Assembly (NCBI GenBank): GCA_027494165.1
Contig: JAOSJM010000005.1
Span: 1,452,461-1,516,460, forward strand
Length of the DNA: 64,000 nt
Direction: 5' to 3'
Source: Acidimicrobiia bacterium
GTDB lineage: Bacteria > Actinomycetota > Acidimicrobiia > IMCC26256 > JAOSJM01
Numbering within the stretch: position 1 is the stretch's first letter; each line of letters begins with the position of its first letter. Positions 20,382 through 31,604 of the stretch are shown here, one piece after another. The notes under the pieces are model-generated. The model was given only the letters and a program-made list of their open reading frames with translations, had not been told where the DNA came from and made no database searches. A program made the position numbers and the translations under genes.

Positions 20382-23030
20382 ATGAGAGCGTTCTGGGACG
20401 GGCTCGCCACCGTGATCGCGCGTCGCTTCCGGCTGGTGCTGGTGCTGGCGCTGCTCGCCACCGCCGGTCTGGCGGTCGGGATCCCCCTGCTGGACTTCGA
20501 GACCAGCCAGGTGTCGCTGATCGGCGAGGAGAACCCGGTCGCTCAGGACAACGAGCGGTTCCAGGACGAGTTCGGCGGGGAGCCGATGATCGTGCTCCTG
20601 ACCGCGCAGGAAGGCCACGACGTCCTGGACCTCTTCGACGAGGAGAACCTGCCGAGGCTCCAGGCGTTCGACCAGTCGCTGCGCGACACCGGCCTCTTCC
20701 ATGCCGTGCTCAGCCCGCTCGTCGCGCTCGAGTTCGCCCGCAACCAGATGACGGTCGGCAACGGGCTCTTCGAGGCCGCCTCGGTCCGGGAGCAGCAGCG
20801 GGCCCGGGAGGAGGCGGCCGCCGCGGGCGCCGGCCCCGAGGAGCAGGAGGCCGCCGCCGCGGAGGTGGCCGCCGCGTTCACCGAGCGGTTGCTCGCCCTC
20901 GCCGGCCGGCTCGAGGCCGCCGAGCCGGGGATCACGGCCCGGGCTCTCACCGATCCCGCCTCGATCAGCAACAACGACGAGTTGCTCGAGAACCGCGACC
21001 TCCTCGAGGTGCTGCTCTACGAGGACGAGAACGAGAGCATCGTCCGGCCCGTACTGCGGGACAACTTCCTGGACCGCACCCACGCGGTCACCATCGCCCG
21101 CCTCAACGGGAACGTGGACATCGCCGACATGGGCGCGGCGGCCGACGCGGTGCAGGACGCCGTGCGGGAGGCGGGCTTCGAGGGCTTCGACGTCCTCGCC
21201 ACGGGCCCACCCGAGCTGCTCCAGGACATCAACGACTACCTCCAGGGCGGCATGGCCACCCTCGGCGGCCTCTCGTTCCTGGTGATGATCGTCGTGCTGT
21301 GGTTCGTGTTCCGCGTCCGATGGCGCCTCCTCTCGATGGTGATCGTGATCCTCGGGGCGATCTGGGGCTTCGGGATCATGGGCTACATCGGCCTGCCCCT
21401 CACGCTCATCACGATCTCCGGGCTGCCGATCCTCATCGGGATCGGCGTCGACTTCTCGATCCAGGCCCACAGCCGCTTCGAGGAGGAGATCGACCACGAC
21501 GGAGACGCCGAGTCGGCCGTCCGTCGGGTGATGCGCTGGCTCACCCCCGCGCTGGCGGTGGCGATGATCGCGGCGGTGGCCGGCTTCCTCGCCCTCCAGG
21601 TCTCCGAGGTGCCGCTCATCCGCGACTTCGGCGTCATGCTCGCCCTCGGGATCTTCGCCCTCTTCGTCGCCGGGATCACCGTCCCGACCTCGATCCTCGT
21701 GTGGCGCGAGCGCCGGCACCCCACCCCCGCCGGCGCGGCCAGCGTCCCCCACGGCGTGCTCGAGCGGATCGTCCGGTGGATGTGCTTCAGCGCCCGGACC
21801 TTCATCCTCCCGGTCGTGCTGGCCGGGCTCGGCGTCATCTTCGTGGGCCTGGCCCTGGAGGGCCGCTTCACCATCCAGACCGACCCCGAGGAGTGGATCC
21901 CCCAGGACGGCCGGACGGTGCGGAGCCTCGAGGAGCTCCGCGAGGACACGGGGTTCTCCAGCGAGCTGCAGCTCCTCATCGAGGCCGACGACGTGACCGC
22001 GACGCCGGTGAGCGAGTGGATCCAGGTCTTCACGATCGAGCAGGCCGGCTACGCGAACACGCTCGAGGCTCCCGAGATCGAGGGCAAGCACGAGGCCCTC
22101 ATCCGGGGCACCAGCCTCCCGGCCGTGGCCATGAGCGTGACCGGCGTGCCGCCCGGTCAGGAGGAGGTCGAGCTGCTGCTCGGCGACGCCCTGGAGGAGG
22201 ACCCCGAGTACACCGTCGCCCCGCGCGACTTCGTCGTCCAGTTCATGAGTTCGGACCTGACGAGCACCGCGCTCATCTTCCCGATCACCGACGTCACGCT
22301 CGGGGAGCGCGAGGAGCTCGTCGACGAGATGCTGGCCGACCTCGAGCTGCCACCCGGCTTCGACGCCGAGGTGGGCCTGACCGGGCCGCCGGAAGGCGTG
22401 TCGGTCCTGCCGGCCGGGCTCGTGTACGTGGGCGTCGAGCTGGTCGACGCGCTGGAGGCGAACCGGGCGCTCATGACCTGGCTCGCCCTCGGGGCCGTGG
22501 CGCTGTGGCTGCTGATCCGTTACCGGCGGATCGTGACCACGCTGCTCCCCCTCGTGCCGGTCACGATCGCGGTCGGGCTGTCCTCCCTGGTGATCTTCGC
22601 CACCGGCATCGAGCTGAGCCCGCTCACGAGCGTCACCGGCCCGCTCGTCATCGCCACCTGCACCGAGTTCTCGGTGCTGATCCTGGCCCGGTACGTGGAG
22701 GAGCGCGAGCGGGGGCGCGACCCCGACGACGCCGTCGCCCACGGCGCGGTGCGCATCGGCCGGGCGTTCGTGGCCTCGGGTCTCACGACGGTGGGCGGCT
22801 TCGGGGTGATGGCCTTCTCGGCGTTCCCGCTGCTGCGGGACTTCGGGATCGTCGTGGCGCTCAACGTGCTCGTGGCCCTGGTGTCCGCGCTGGTCGTGCT
22901 GCCGCCGCTGCTCATGTGGGCCGACCGGACGCCGTGGCTGAAGACGTTCTCCCCCGGGGAACGGCCCGGGATGCTCGCGGGGGCGGACGAGGTGGCGCCG
23001 GCCCGGACCGGCGGGCCCTCGCCTGGCTAG
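20382..23030 (+). CDS. MMPL-family RND-type membrane transporter
   Basis: 882-aa ORF with two 6-TM bundles separated by periplasmic domains. The sequence follows the MMPL pattern (e.g. GIGVDFSIQ, TGPLVIATCTEF). Confidence 0.85.
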   Translation: MRAFWDGLATVIARRFRLVLVLALLATAGLAVGIPLLDFETSQVSLIGEENPVAQDNERFQDEFGGEPMIVLLTAQEGHDVLDLFDEENLPRLQAFDQSLRDTGLFHAVLSPLVALEFARNQMTVGNGLFEAASVREQQRAREEAAAAGAGPEEQEAAAAEVAAAFTERLLALAGRLEAAEPGITARALTDPASISNNDELLENRDLLEVLLYEDENESIVRPVLRDNFLDRTHAVTIARLNGNVDIADMGAAADAVQDAVREAGFEGFDVLATGPPELLQDINDYLQGGMATLGGLSFLVMIVVLWFVFRVRWRLLSMVIVILGAIWGFGIMGYIGLPLTLITISGLPILIGIGVDFSIQAHSRFEEEIDHDGDAESAVRRVMRWLTPALAVAMIAAVAGFLALQVSEVPLIRDFGVMLALGIFALFVAGITVPTSILVWRERRHPTPAGAASVPHGVLERIVRWMCFSARTFILPVVLAGLGVIFVGLALEGRFTIQTDPEEWIPQDGRTVRSLEELREDTGFSSELQLLIEADDVTATPVSEWIQVFTIEQAGYANTLEAPEIEGKHEALIRGTSLPAVAMSVTGVPPGQEEVELLLGDALEEDPEYTVAPRDFVVQFMSSDLTSTALIFPITDVTLGEREELVDEMLADLELPPGFDAEVGLTGPPEGVSVLPAGLVYVGVELVDALEANRALMTWLALGAVALWLLIRYRRIVTTLLPLVPVTIAVGLSSLVIFATGIELSPLTSVTGPLVIATCTEFSVLILARYVEERERGRDPDDAVAHGAVRIGRAFVASGLTTVGGFGVMAFSAFPLLRDFGIVVALNVLVALVSALVVLPPLLMWADRTPWLKTFSPGERPGMLAGADEVAPARTGGPSPG

Positions 23031-23199
23031 CGGGGGTACAGACACCCGAGACCCAGGTTCCGCTGACTCGGGTGTCCCTACCGTCGCTCAGCGGGGGTAC
23101 AGACACCCGAGACCCAGGTTCCGCTGACTCGGGTGTCCCTACCGTCGCTCAGCGGGGGTACAGACACCCGAGACCCAGGTTCCGCTGACCCGGGTGTCC

Positions 23200-23216
<17 letters not shown>
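23031..23216. repeat. 3 x 62-bp perfect tandem repeat, each unit containing a 10-bp-stem hairpin
   Basis: The unit agcgggggtacagacacccgagacccaggttccgctgactcgggtgtccctaccgtcgctc occurs three times, with one substitution in copy 3. The internal inverted repeat is GACACCCGAG...CTCGGGTGTC. It lies between the convergent MMPL and livF genes. Confidence 0.9.
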
Positions 23217-23939
<723 letters not shown>

Positions 23940-23943
<4 letters not shown>

Positions 23944-25875
23944 GCGTGGTCCCCCAGGTAGGCCTGGACGACGCGGGGGTCGGCCCGGACGGCGTCGGGC
24001 GTCCCCTCGGCGATCTTCTCCCCGTAGTCGAGTACCGCCACCACGTCGGAGAGCGCCATGACCAGCTCCATGTGGTGCTCGATGAGGAGGACCGTCACTC
24101 CCTCGTCGCGGACGGTGCGGATCAGGTCGGCGAGTTCGTGGAGGTCATTGGGGTGCATGCCGGCGGCCGGCTCGTCGAGCAGCAGGAGATCCGGGTCACC
24201 GGCCAGGGCCCGGGCGATCTCGAGCCGGCGCTGGTCGGCGAAGGGGAGCGCGTCGGCCCGGACGTCGGCCCGGTCCTCGAGGCCGACGAACCGGAGGAGC
24301 CCGCGGGCCCGGTCCCGCACCTGCCGCTCCTCGGCCCGGGCGGGCTCGGGGAGGACCATGGACCGGGCGAGCCCGTAGCGGGTGCGGGAGTGGGCCCCCA
24401 CCATGACGTTCTCCAGGACGGTCATCCGCCGCCAGATCTGGCAGCCCTGGAAGGTGCGGGCGAGCCCGGCCTGGCTGGCCCGGTGGGGCGGGAGCCCGGC
24501 GACGTCGCGGCCGTGGAAGCTGACCTGGCCGGCGTCGGGCCGGTAGAAGCCGGTCACGACGTTCACGAAGGTCGACTTGCCGGATCCGTTGGGACCGATG
24601 AGGGCATGGACGGTCCCGGGCGCGACGGCGAGGTCCACCGCGCTGAGGGCGGCGAGGCCTCCGAAGCGCTTCGTGAGGCCCGAGACCGACAGCAACGGGC
24701 CCGCCTCGGCGGTCCCGGGTCGGGGCCGGGGACGGGGTCGTGCGAGCTCCTCGGGGAGGGGCCGGGCCGGGCCGGGCCGGCGGGCCGGCCGCCGCCGTTC
24801 CCGGAGATGGCGGACCTGGCCGACCAGCCCGCGGGGAAGGAGGATCGCGTTCACCACCACGAGGACGCCGAGGACGAGTTGCTCGCTGCGGCCCAGCCAC
24901 TCGCTGGTGGACTTCCCACCCAGGTCCACCCCGAAGCCGAGCGTGAAGACGAACGCCCCGACCACGGGGCCGGCCAGCGTTCCCAGCCCCCCGAAGAACA
25001 GGTAGATCACGTAGCGGAACGACTGACCGATGGTCTGGGTCCCGTCGAGCACGGCAACCTGGAGGGTGGTCTGGGCGGCGAGGACGCCGGCCAACGACAC
25101 GAGGCCGGCCGACACCGAGAACGCCGACACCTTGTACCAGTAGGTGTTGACGCCGCAGGAGCGCGCCGCCAGCTCCGACTCGCGGATGGCCTGGTAGGCC
25201 CGTCCCCACCGGCTGTGCACGAGGTTCCAGCTCACGTAGACGGCGATCACGAGCAGGGCGGCGCCGATCCAGTAGAGCCCCACGAGGTACCGGTGGGGGT
25301 TGTCGGCGGGGATCCAGGAGAAGGCGGTGTCGAGCGGCTCGGCCACGGTCCGGCCGCCCAGGCCGCCGAAGGCACCGTCGAAGAGGAGCGCGATCGACGT
25401 GGAGATCAGCGCGAAGGCGAGGGTGACGACGGTCAGGTAGAAGCCCCGGAGGTGGCAGCAGGTGAGGGCGAGCAGCGCGCCGAAGACCATGCCGGCGAGG
25501 AAGGCCGCGGGGAACCCGAGCCAGGGGTCCAGCCCCCAGTCCTCGACCGCCCACACGGCGCCGACGAACCCGCCGTACAGGAAGAACACGTGGTGGCCGA
25601 GCGAGAGGAGGCCGGCGTAGCCCAGCAGCAGGTTGAGGCCGACGACGGCGGTGGCCCACCACATGGCCGTGACGCCGAGCTGGATCCAGAACCGGTCCTC
25701 GGCCTGGCTCTGGCCGAACCAGGCGAGGAACGCGATCAGCGCCAGCCCGGGCCCCAGGCGGACGGCCCACCGGGAGAGCGGGGTGAGCCCGCCCGAACCT
25801 CGGATCGCCCGACCCCCGGCGTCGGGGGGCCGGGGCGGCCGGCGCGGCCGGGGCGGAGCCGGTGTCGAGGCTCAT
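23940..25875 (-). CDS. fused branched-chain amino acid ABC permease (LivM) / ATP-binding protein (LivG), apparent frameshift near 25824-25829
   Basis: The permease TM region and the ATPase (GPNGSGKST, LLLDEPAAG) lie in one ORF. The true N-terminus (MSLDTGSAPAAPAAPAP from ATG 25873-25875) is in a neighbouring frame. A run of six G (plus strand) needs one base removed to join them. The start overlaps the livH stop. Confidence 0.75.
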
Positions 25876-26783
25876 ACCTTCTCGATCACCGGCCGGCCGA
25901 AGAGGCCCGTCGGCCGGAAGACGAGGACGACGATGAACACGGCGAAGGTGACCAGCGGGCCCCACGTGTCGGCGTCGCTGGTGGCCACGCCCACGACGCC
26001 GCCGACCAGCGCGAGCAGGTAGCCGCCGGCCACGGCACCCCGGGTCGAACCGAGCCCGCCGATGACCGCGGCGATGAACCCGAAGACGCCGAGGCTCAGG
26101 CTGATGTTGAAGCGGATCCCGAGCCGGGGGGCCACGAGCACGGCGCCGAGGCCGGCGAGCGCACCGGCGATGACGAAGCTGATCGCCACGATCATCGCCG
26201 GGTTGATCCCCATGAGCGCCGCGGCCTGCCGATCCTGGGCGACGGCCCGGAAGGCCTGGCCGATCCGGGTCCGCCGCTGCATCGCCTCGATCGCCACGAC
26301 GAGCACGAGGGTGGTTCCGATCAGGGCGATGTCGCTGGGGCGGATGGCGACCCCGCGCACGACCGATCCCGTCCAGCCGAACACCGAGGAGACCAGGTCG
26401 GGGACGGTCTGGCCGCTGTCACTGATGGTCTTGGCGACGATCTCCTGGGCGACGATGCCGGCACCGAAGGTCGTGACGAGCCAGGCGATGCTCGTGGACG
26501 GGTCGAACCGTCCGAGCGGGGCCACCGCGACCAGGTCGAAGGCCAACCCGACCAGGCCCGAGAGGATGACCACCGCCACCGTGACCAGCGGGAGCGGGAC
26601 GTTCTCGTCGAGCACCTCGGAGTAGAGCCACCAGGCGAGGTAGCCGCCCACGACGACGAGGGTCCCCTGGGCGAAGTTGACGATGCGGGTCGTGGAGAAG
26701 ATCAGGCTGTAGCCGAGGGCCACGAGGGCGTAGATCGACCCGATCGTGCTCGTGAACACGACGACCTGGACGACCTTCCCCAT
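25872..26783 (-). CDS. livH: branched-chain amino acid ABC transporter permease (LivH-like)
   Basis: 303-aa polytopic membrane protein of the BPD_transp_2 family (MGKVVQVVVFTSTIGSIYALVALGYSLIF...). Confidence 0.88.
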   Translation of the reverse strand: MGKVVQVVVFTSTIGSIYALVALGYSLIFSTTRIVNFAQGTLVVVGGYLAWWLYSEVLDENVPLPLVTVAVVILSGLVGLAFDLVAVAPLGRFDPSTSIAWLVTTFGAGIVAQEIVAKTISDSGQTVPDLVSSVFGWTGSVVRGVAIRPSDIALIGTTLVLVVAIEAMQRRTRIGQAFRAVAQDRQAAALMGINPAMIVAISFVIAGALAGLGAVLVAPRLGIRFNISLSLGVFGFIAAVIGGLGSTRGAVAGGYLLALVGGVVGVATSDADTWGPLVTFAVFIVVLVFRPTGLFGRPVIEKV

Positions 26784-26874
26784 CGCGCCTCCCGCCGCCA
26801 GGGCTCGCGCCGTTCCCCGGCGGCCGAACGCTACCGGACGGTAGGGATCGGCCGCTTCCCCGAGTCGCGACGGG

Positions 26875-28465
26875 CTAGTGGACCTTGCAGTCGCTGGTGA
26901 GCTCGATGTCCTCGCCGGTGGCGTCGGGCGGGTCGACCGTGCAGAGGGTGCCCCACCCGCCTTCGAGGATCTCGGTGACGGTGTCGGGGAAGGCCCGGCG
27001 GTTGGCCTCGAGGGTCGGGCGCACGAGGTGGGTGGGGCCGACGTAGTCGGGGAAGGCGGGCAGCCACACCTCCTCCCACTCGCGGCCGAGCTGGTAGGGA
27101 GGGTCGGTCTCGGCGGGGCCCGTGTGGCGCTCGAGGGTGATGAGGACGAGCTGGTCCTCGGTGATGGCGAGGTGGCGGTCGGGTTCGAAGCCGTACTCGA
27201 GGCCGGCGAAGGTGGTCGTGAGGCCCTCGAGGGCGGTGACGACGGCCTCCCGGTCGGTGGTCCCGGCCCGGCGGACGGCCTCGACGAGGGCCCACAGGCC
27301 GTTGGCGGGGGACTCCTCGCCCCCGGTGGCGGGGATGCCGAGGTAGTCCTGCATCCAGGTGCGGATGGGGAAGGTCGGCAGGCCGATGAGGCCGCCCATG
27401 TGCCAGGTCGTGAGGCTCCCGGTCTTCGCCGCGTCGCCGGCCAGCTCGGCCCACTTCTTCTCGCCGGTGCCGCCGGGCCAGCCCATCACGTGCGGGCGCC
27501 AGGCCGGGCCCTTGGCCGTGGGGGGTGTCGACGTAGCCGGCACCGAGGGCGTCGAGCCCCTTCACGATCCCCGCGACGCTCTCCGCGGCTCCCCAGAGGC
27601 AGAGCGCCTGGGGAGCCGACTGCTGGAGCCGCTGGAGCTGGGCCCCGAAGTCGGCGGTGAAGAGGGTGAACTCCTCGACGCCGGCGACCGGCATGTCGTG
27701 CTTGGCGACCGCGTGCTCGAAGCTCTCCCGGAACGTCTGGCTGATGGTGCTGTCGTAGGCCAGGCCCACGCTCGCGTAGCCCCGGTCCTCCTTGGCGTAG
27801 CGGACCAGGAGGTCGAAGGCCATCTTGTCGGGCTGGATGAACTGGAAGATCGAGCGCTCGGGGACGTCGGGGTAGAGGAGCCCCTGGGACCACATGTCGT
27901 AGAAGACCGAGATGATCGGGATGCCGTCACGGGCGATCTGGGGGCGGGCCTCCTTGAGCCCGATGGGCGTGCACCACAGGATGCCGACGACGTCGGGGTC
28001 GGCGACGAGCTGGGCGTAGGCCCGGTTCGTGGCGTCGACCAGCTCCTCGGCCTTGGCGTTCACGATCTCGAGGGTGACCTTCGTGCCCTTGACGAGGCCC
28101 TCGCGCTCGATGTGCTCCATGGCGGCCCGGAGCGAGCGGTCGACGACGTCGCCGACGAACTGGCCGAGGCCCTCGAGGGGGGCGATGACGCCGATCTTCA
28201 GGCTGGACGGCAGGGTGGTGCCGCCGTCGCCTCCGCCGCTCCCGCCGGTCCCCGTCGTGCTCCGGGTGCCCCCCGTGCTCGGGCTCCCGCCGGAGTCCCC
28301 GCCGTCGCCGTCGCCGCCGCCGCACCCGGCGAGAGCGCCCCAGGCCCCGATCAGGGCCATCCCGGCCAGGCTGCTGCGGGCGGCCCACTCCATGAACACC
28401 CGCCGGTCGACGGGGCGGCGGATCAGGTCGTCGGCGCTGATGCGGATGGGCTCGTGCTCGGCCAC
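26875..28465 (-). CDS. ABC transporter substrate-binding lipoprotein (LivK/amide-binding family), paralog 1, apparent frameshift near 27520-27525
   Basis: Tat/lipoprotein signal RRVFMEWAARSSLAGMALIGAWGALAGCGG followed by a periplasmic binding fold. The C-terminal 222 aa (ORF 26875-27543) are in another frame. Removing one G from the six-G run reconstitutes YVDTPTAKGPAWRPHV, which matches the paralog. Confidence 0.75.
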
Positions 28466-28577
28466 GGCCGCCTCCTGTGTGGGGCCCCCGGAGGGCGCGG
28501 ATCCGCTGGAAGTCGGGCGAGTGTGACCTATGCGACGATCGGGTGCAAGAGGGCGAGCCCGACCCGCCGTCGCCTGC

Positions 28578-30134
28578 TCAGTGGATCTTGCAGTCGTTGC
28601 TGAGCTCGATGTCCTCGCCGGTGGCGTCGGGCGGGTCGACCGTGCAGAGGGTGCCCCACCCGCCTTCGAGGATCTCGGTGACGGTGTCGGGGAAGGCCCG
28701 GCGGTTGGCCTCGAGGGTCGGGCGCACGAGGTGGGTGGGGCCGACGTAGTCGGGGAAGGCGGGCAGCCACACCTCCTCCCACTCGCGGCCGAGCTGGTAG
28801 GGAGGGTCGGTCTCGGCGGGACCCGTGTAGCGCTCGAGCGACACCAGCACCACCTGGTCCTCGGTGATGGCGAGGTGGCGGTCGGGTTCGAAGCCGTACT
28901 CGAGGCCGGCGAAGGTGGTCGTGAGGCCCTCGAGGGCGGTGACGACGGCCCGCCGGTCGGTGGTCCCGGCCCGGCGGACGGCCTCGACGAGGGCCCACAG
29001 GCCGTTGGCGGGGGACTCCTCGCCCCCGGTGGCGGGGACGCCGAGGTAGTCCTGCATCCAGGTGCGGATCGGAAGCGAGGGCAGGCCGATGAGGCCGCCC
29101 ATGTGCCAGGCGGTGAGGGTCCCGGTCTTCGCCGCGTCGCCGGCCAGCTCGGCCCACTTCTTCTCCCCGGTCCCGCCGGGGGAGCCGAGGACGTGCGGGC
29201 GCCACTGCGAGCCCCGGGCCGTGGGCGTGTCGACGTAGCTCGCGCCGATCGCGTCGAGGCCCTGGACGATCCCGGCCGTGTTCTCGGCCAGGCCCCAGAC
29301 GAAGAGGCAGTGGCTTCCCTGGTCCCCCAGCCGCTGGAGCTGGGCGCCGTAGTCGGCGCTGAAGATGTTGAACTGCTCGACGCCGGCCACCGAGAGGCCG
29401 TGCTTGTCGATGGCCCGCTCGAACCCCGTCCGGTAGACCTCGCCGATGCTGCTGTCGTAGAAGAGCCCGGCGCTGGCGTAGCCGCGGTCCTCCTTCGCGT
29501 AGCGCATGAGGACGTCCATGGCCATCGAGTCGGGCATGAGGAGCTGGAACACCGAGCGCTCCGGCCCGTCGGGGTAGAGCCAGTCCTCGGACCAGGCGTC
29601 GTAGAAGACCGAGATCACCGGGATGCCGTCGCGGGCGATCTGGGCCCGGGACTCGGGGAGCCCGACGGGCGAGCACCAGAGGATGCCGACGACGTCGGGG
29701 TCGGCGACGAGCTGGGCGTACGCCTTGCCCGTGGCGTCGGCCAGCTCCTCGGCCTTGGCGTTCACGATCTCGTAGGAGACCTTCGTGCCCTTGACGAGGC
29801 CCTCGCGCTCGATGTGCTCCATGGCGGATCTCAGGGAGTGGTCGACGATGTCGCCGATGAACTTCCCGAGCCCCTCCATGGGCGCGATCACCCCGATCTT
29901 GAGGGTCGGCGGGAGCGTCCCGCCGTCGCCCTCGCCGTCGCCGGTGCCGGTCCCGGTGGTCCGCCCGGTCCGGTCGGAGTCGTCGTCGCCGCAGCCGGAC
30001 AGCCCGCCCCACGCCCCGAGCAGGGCCATCCCGGCCAGGCTGGTGCGCCCGGCCCACCGGAGGAACACCCGGCGGTCCACCGGGTGGCGGACCACGTCGT
30101 CGGCGGGGACCCGGAGAGGCTCGTGCTCGGACAT
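28578..30134 (-). CDS. ABC transporter substrate-binding lipoprotein (LivK/amide-binding family), paralog 2 (intact)
   Basis: ATG 30132-30134 gives MSEHEPLRVPADDVVRHPVDRRVFLRWAGRTSLAGMALLGAWGGLSGCG and a 518-aa protein. Its 3' ~650 bp are about 95 % identical in DNA to paralog 1. Confidence 0.85.
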   Translation of the reverse strand: MSEHEPLRVPADDVVRHPVDRRVFLRWAGRTSLAGMALLGAWGGLSGCGDDDSDRTGRTTGTGTGDGEGDGGTLPPTLKIGVIAPMEGLGKFIGDIVDHSLRSAMEHIEREGLVKGTKVSYEIVNAKAEELADATGKAYAQLVADPDVVGILWCSPVGLPESRAQIARDGIPVISVFYDAWSEDWLYPDGPERSVFQLLMPDSMAMDVLMRYAKEDRGYASAGLFYDSSIGEVYRTGFERAIDKHGLSVAGVEQFNIFSADYGAQLQRLGDQGSHCLFVWGLAENTAGIVQGLDAIGASYVDTPTARGSQWRPHVLGSPGGTGEKKWAELAGDAAKTGTLTAWHMGGLIGLPSLPIRTWMQDYLGVPATGGEESPANGLWALVEAVRRAGTTDRRAVVTALEGLTTTFAGLEYGFEPDRHLAITEDQVVLVSLERYTGPAETDPPYQLGREWEEVWLPAFPDYVGPTHLVRPTLEANRRAFPDTVTEILEGGWGTLCTVDPPDATGEDIELSNDCKIH

Positions 30135-30325
30135 GACCCCGTCCCTTCGCTGGCCCGTCGGGGGCCGAGGGGTGGCCGCCGGCCCGCGTGGCGGGATCAT
30201 GGCGGAGGCGAGGCGGGGTCGCAAGGACCCGTGTCGTGGCGCCGATCCGGCGATCGGATCGTGCGCCGGGCCGACCGGGGCCATGGAGGAGCGGCCCCCG
30301 TCGCCTGGTAGATTGCGACGCTCGC

Positions 30326-30409
<84 letters not shown>

Positions 30410-30580
30410 CTCTCCGGTCCGGCCCGCGGTGCCCGCGCGCTCCGGGCGCGCGAGCGGGCCTACGCTCTCGCCTCGTGGACCGGTCCGGGCGATCCGCGTG
30501 GCCCCACGGGTGTGCGGTCCGTCGCCGCACGACGCGGGATCCCGGCGCCTCCCGAACGGAAGCCGCTCCGGGAGCGCGAC

Positions 30581-30983
30581 CGTGATCCGCCTCGTGGCGT
30601 CCGGCGTCGTCAGCCTCGTCGCCAGCGCGGTCGCGCTCGTCGTCGGGGCCGCCGTGCTCGACGGCATGGCGCTCGAGCCAGACGGCTTCGTGGTCGCGGT
30701 GCTCGTGTTCACCGTGGTCGAGGTCATCGTGGAGCCCCTCATCCGTCAGACGGCGTTCCGGAGCGCGCCCGCCCTGCTCGGGAGCAGCGCGCTCGTCGCG
30801 ACCCTCGCCAGCCTCGTCGTCACGGTGGCCGTCACGGACGGGTTGCGGATCTCGGACGCCGGGACGTGGGTGCTGGCGACGGTGCTGGTCTGGGCCGTGG
30901 CGCTCGTCGCCCGGTTCCTGCTGCCCTTCGTGGTGTTCAAGCGCGTCTTCGCGGAGCAGCGGGCGGCCGGCCACCGCCGCTGA
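30581..30983 (+). CDS. small 4-TM membrane protein (phage-holin-4-like / DUF superfamily), hypothetical
   Basis: GTG start gives VIRLVASGVVSLVASAVALVVGAAVLDG...VVFKRVFAEQRAAGHRR. The upstream part of the ORF overlaps the tRNA and is not coding. Confidence 0.5.
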
Positions 30984-31217
30984 GCCCCGGGCGTCGGCGT
31001 CGCCACCGGCGACGGCTCCCGGGTGTCTCCGGCCCCGTCGGGCGGCGGGGGGCACACCCGGGTGGCCCGGGCGCGGTGCATCCTCCCGGGGTGTCCGTTA
31101 GCGTCTCGTCCGGCCGGTCCGGCGCGCGGGCGACGCCGGCCCGGCCGTCGGACCTGCCGTCGGACCAGCCGGGCCGCCGCAGACCGGCGAGCGTGGATGA
31201 CGGGGAGGAGCCACACG

Positions 31218-31604
31218 ATGGCCGCAGGGAGCGCAGGGCTGCACGAGGAGGCCGGGAAGCTCCGGCCCGAGACGATCGAGCGACACCGGGCCGTCGTCTC
31301 GCTGATGGAGGAGCTCGAAGCCGTCGACTGGTACGACCAGCGGGTCGACGCGTCCGGGGACCCGGAGCTCGCCGAGATCCTCGCCCACAACCGCGACGAG
31401 GAGAAGGAGCACGCCGCCATGCTCCTCGAGTGGCTCCGCCGGCGCGACCCCGCCCTCGACGGGCACCTGCGGACCTACCTCTTCACCGAGGCGCCGGTCA
31501 CCGAGATCGAGGAGGCCGAGGAGGGCGGCGGCGGTGACGGAGGAGCCGAAGGGGATGCTGCCGCCGGTCTCGGGATCGGCTCGCTCCGGGAGGGTGCCCG
31601 ATGA
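31218..31604 (+). CDS. encapsulin-associated ferritin-like cargo protein (EncFtn) with C-terminal cargo-loading peptide
   Basis: RBS GGGGAGGAG precedes ATG 31218. The ferritin-like E..H motifs are ETIERHRAV and DEEKEHAAM. A Gly-rich linker is followed by GLGIGSLREGAR, which matches the family-1 encapsulin targeting peptide consensus. The stop overlaps the encapsulin start (ATGA). Confidence 0.8.
   Translation: MAAGSAGLHEEAGKLRPETIERHRAVVSLMEELEAVDWYDQRVDASGDPELAEILAHNRDEEKEHAAMLLEWLRRRDPALDGHLRTYLFTEAPVTEIEEAEEGGGGDGGAEGDAAAGLGIGSLREGAR

Noticed and set aside
19572-23045. 1157-aa minus-strand ORF spanning fhaA and the whole MMPL gene antisense
   Set aside because: Only its C-terminal ~217 aa (FhaA) look like protein. 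The rest is Arg/Pro/Gly-rich low-complexity translation, typical of open frames in ~72 % GC DNA, and it is antisense to a well-supported MMPL gene.
23946-26900. 984-aa plus-strand ORF antisense to livMG and livH
   Set aside because: Low-complexity translation with no motifs, entirely antisense to the ABC transporter genes.
30285-30320. Promoter for tRNA-Leu (TAGATT -10-like hexamer ~12 nt upstream)
   Set aside because: There is no convincing -35 element at 16-18 nt spacing, as the upstream sequence is CCCCCG. A lone -10-like hexamer is too weak to call.
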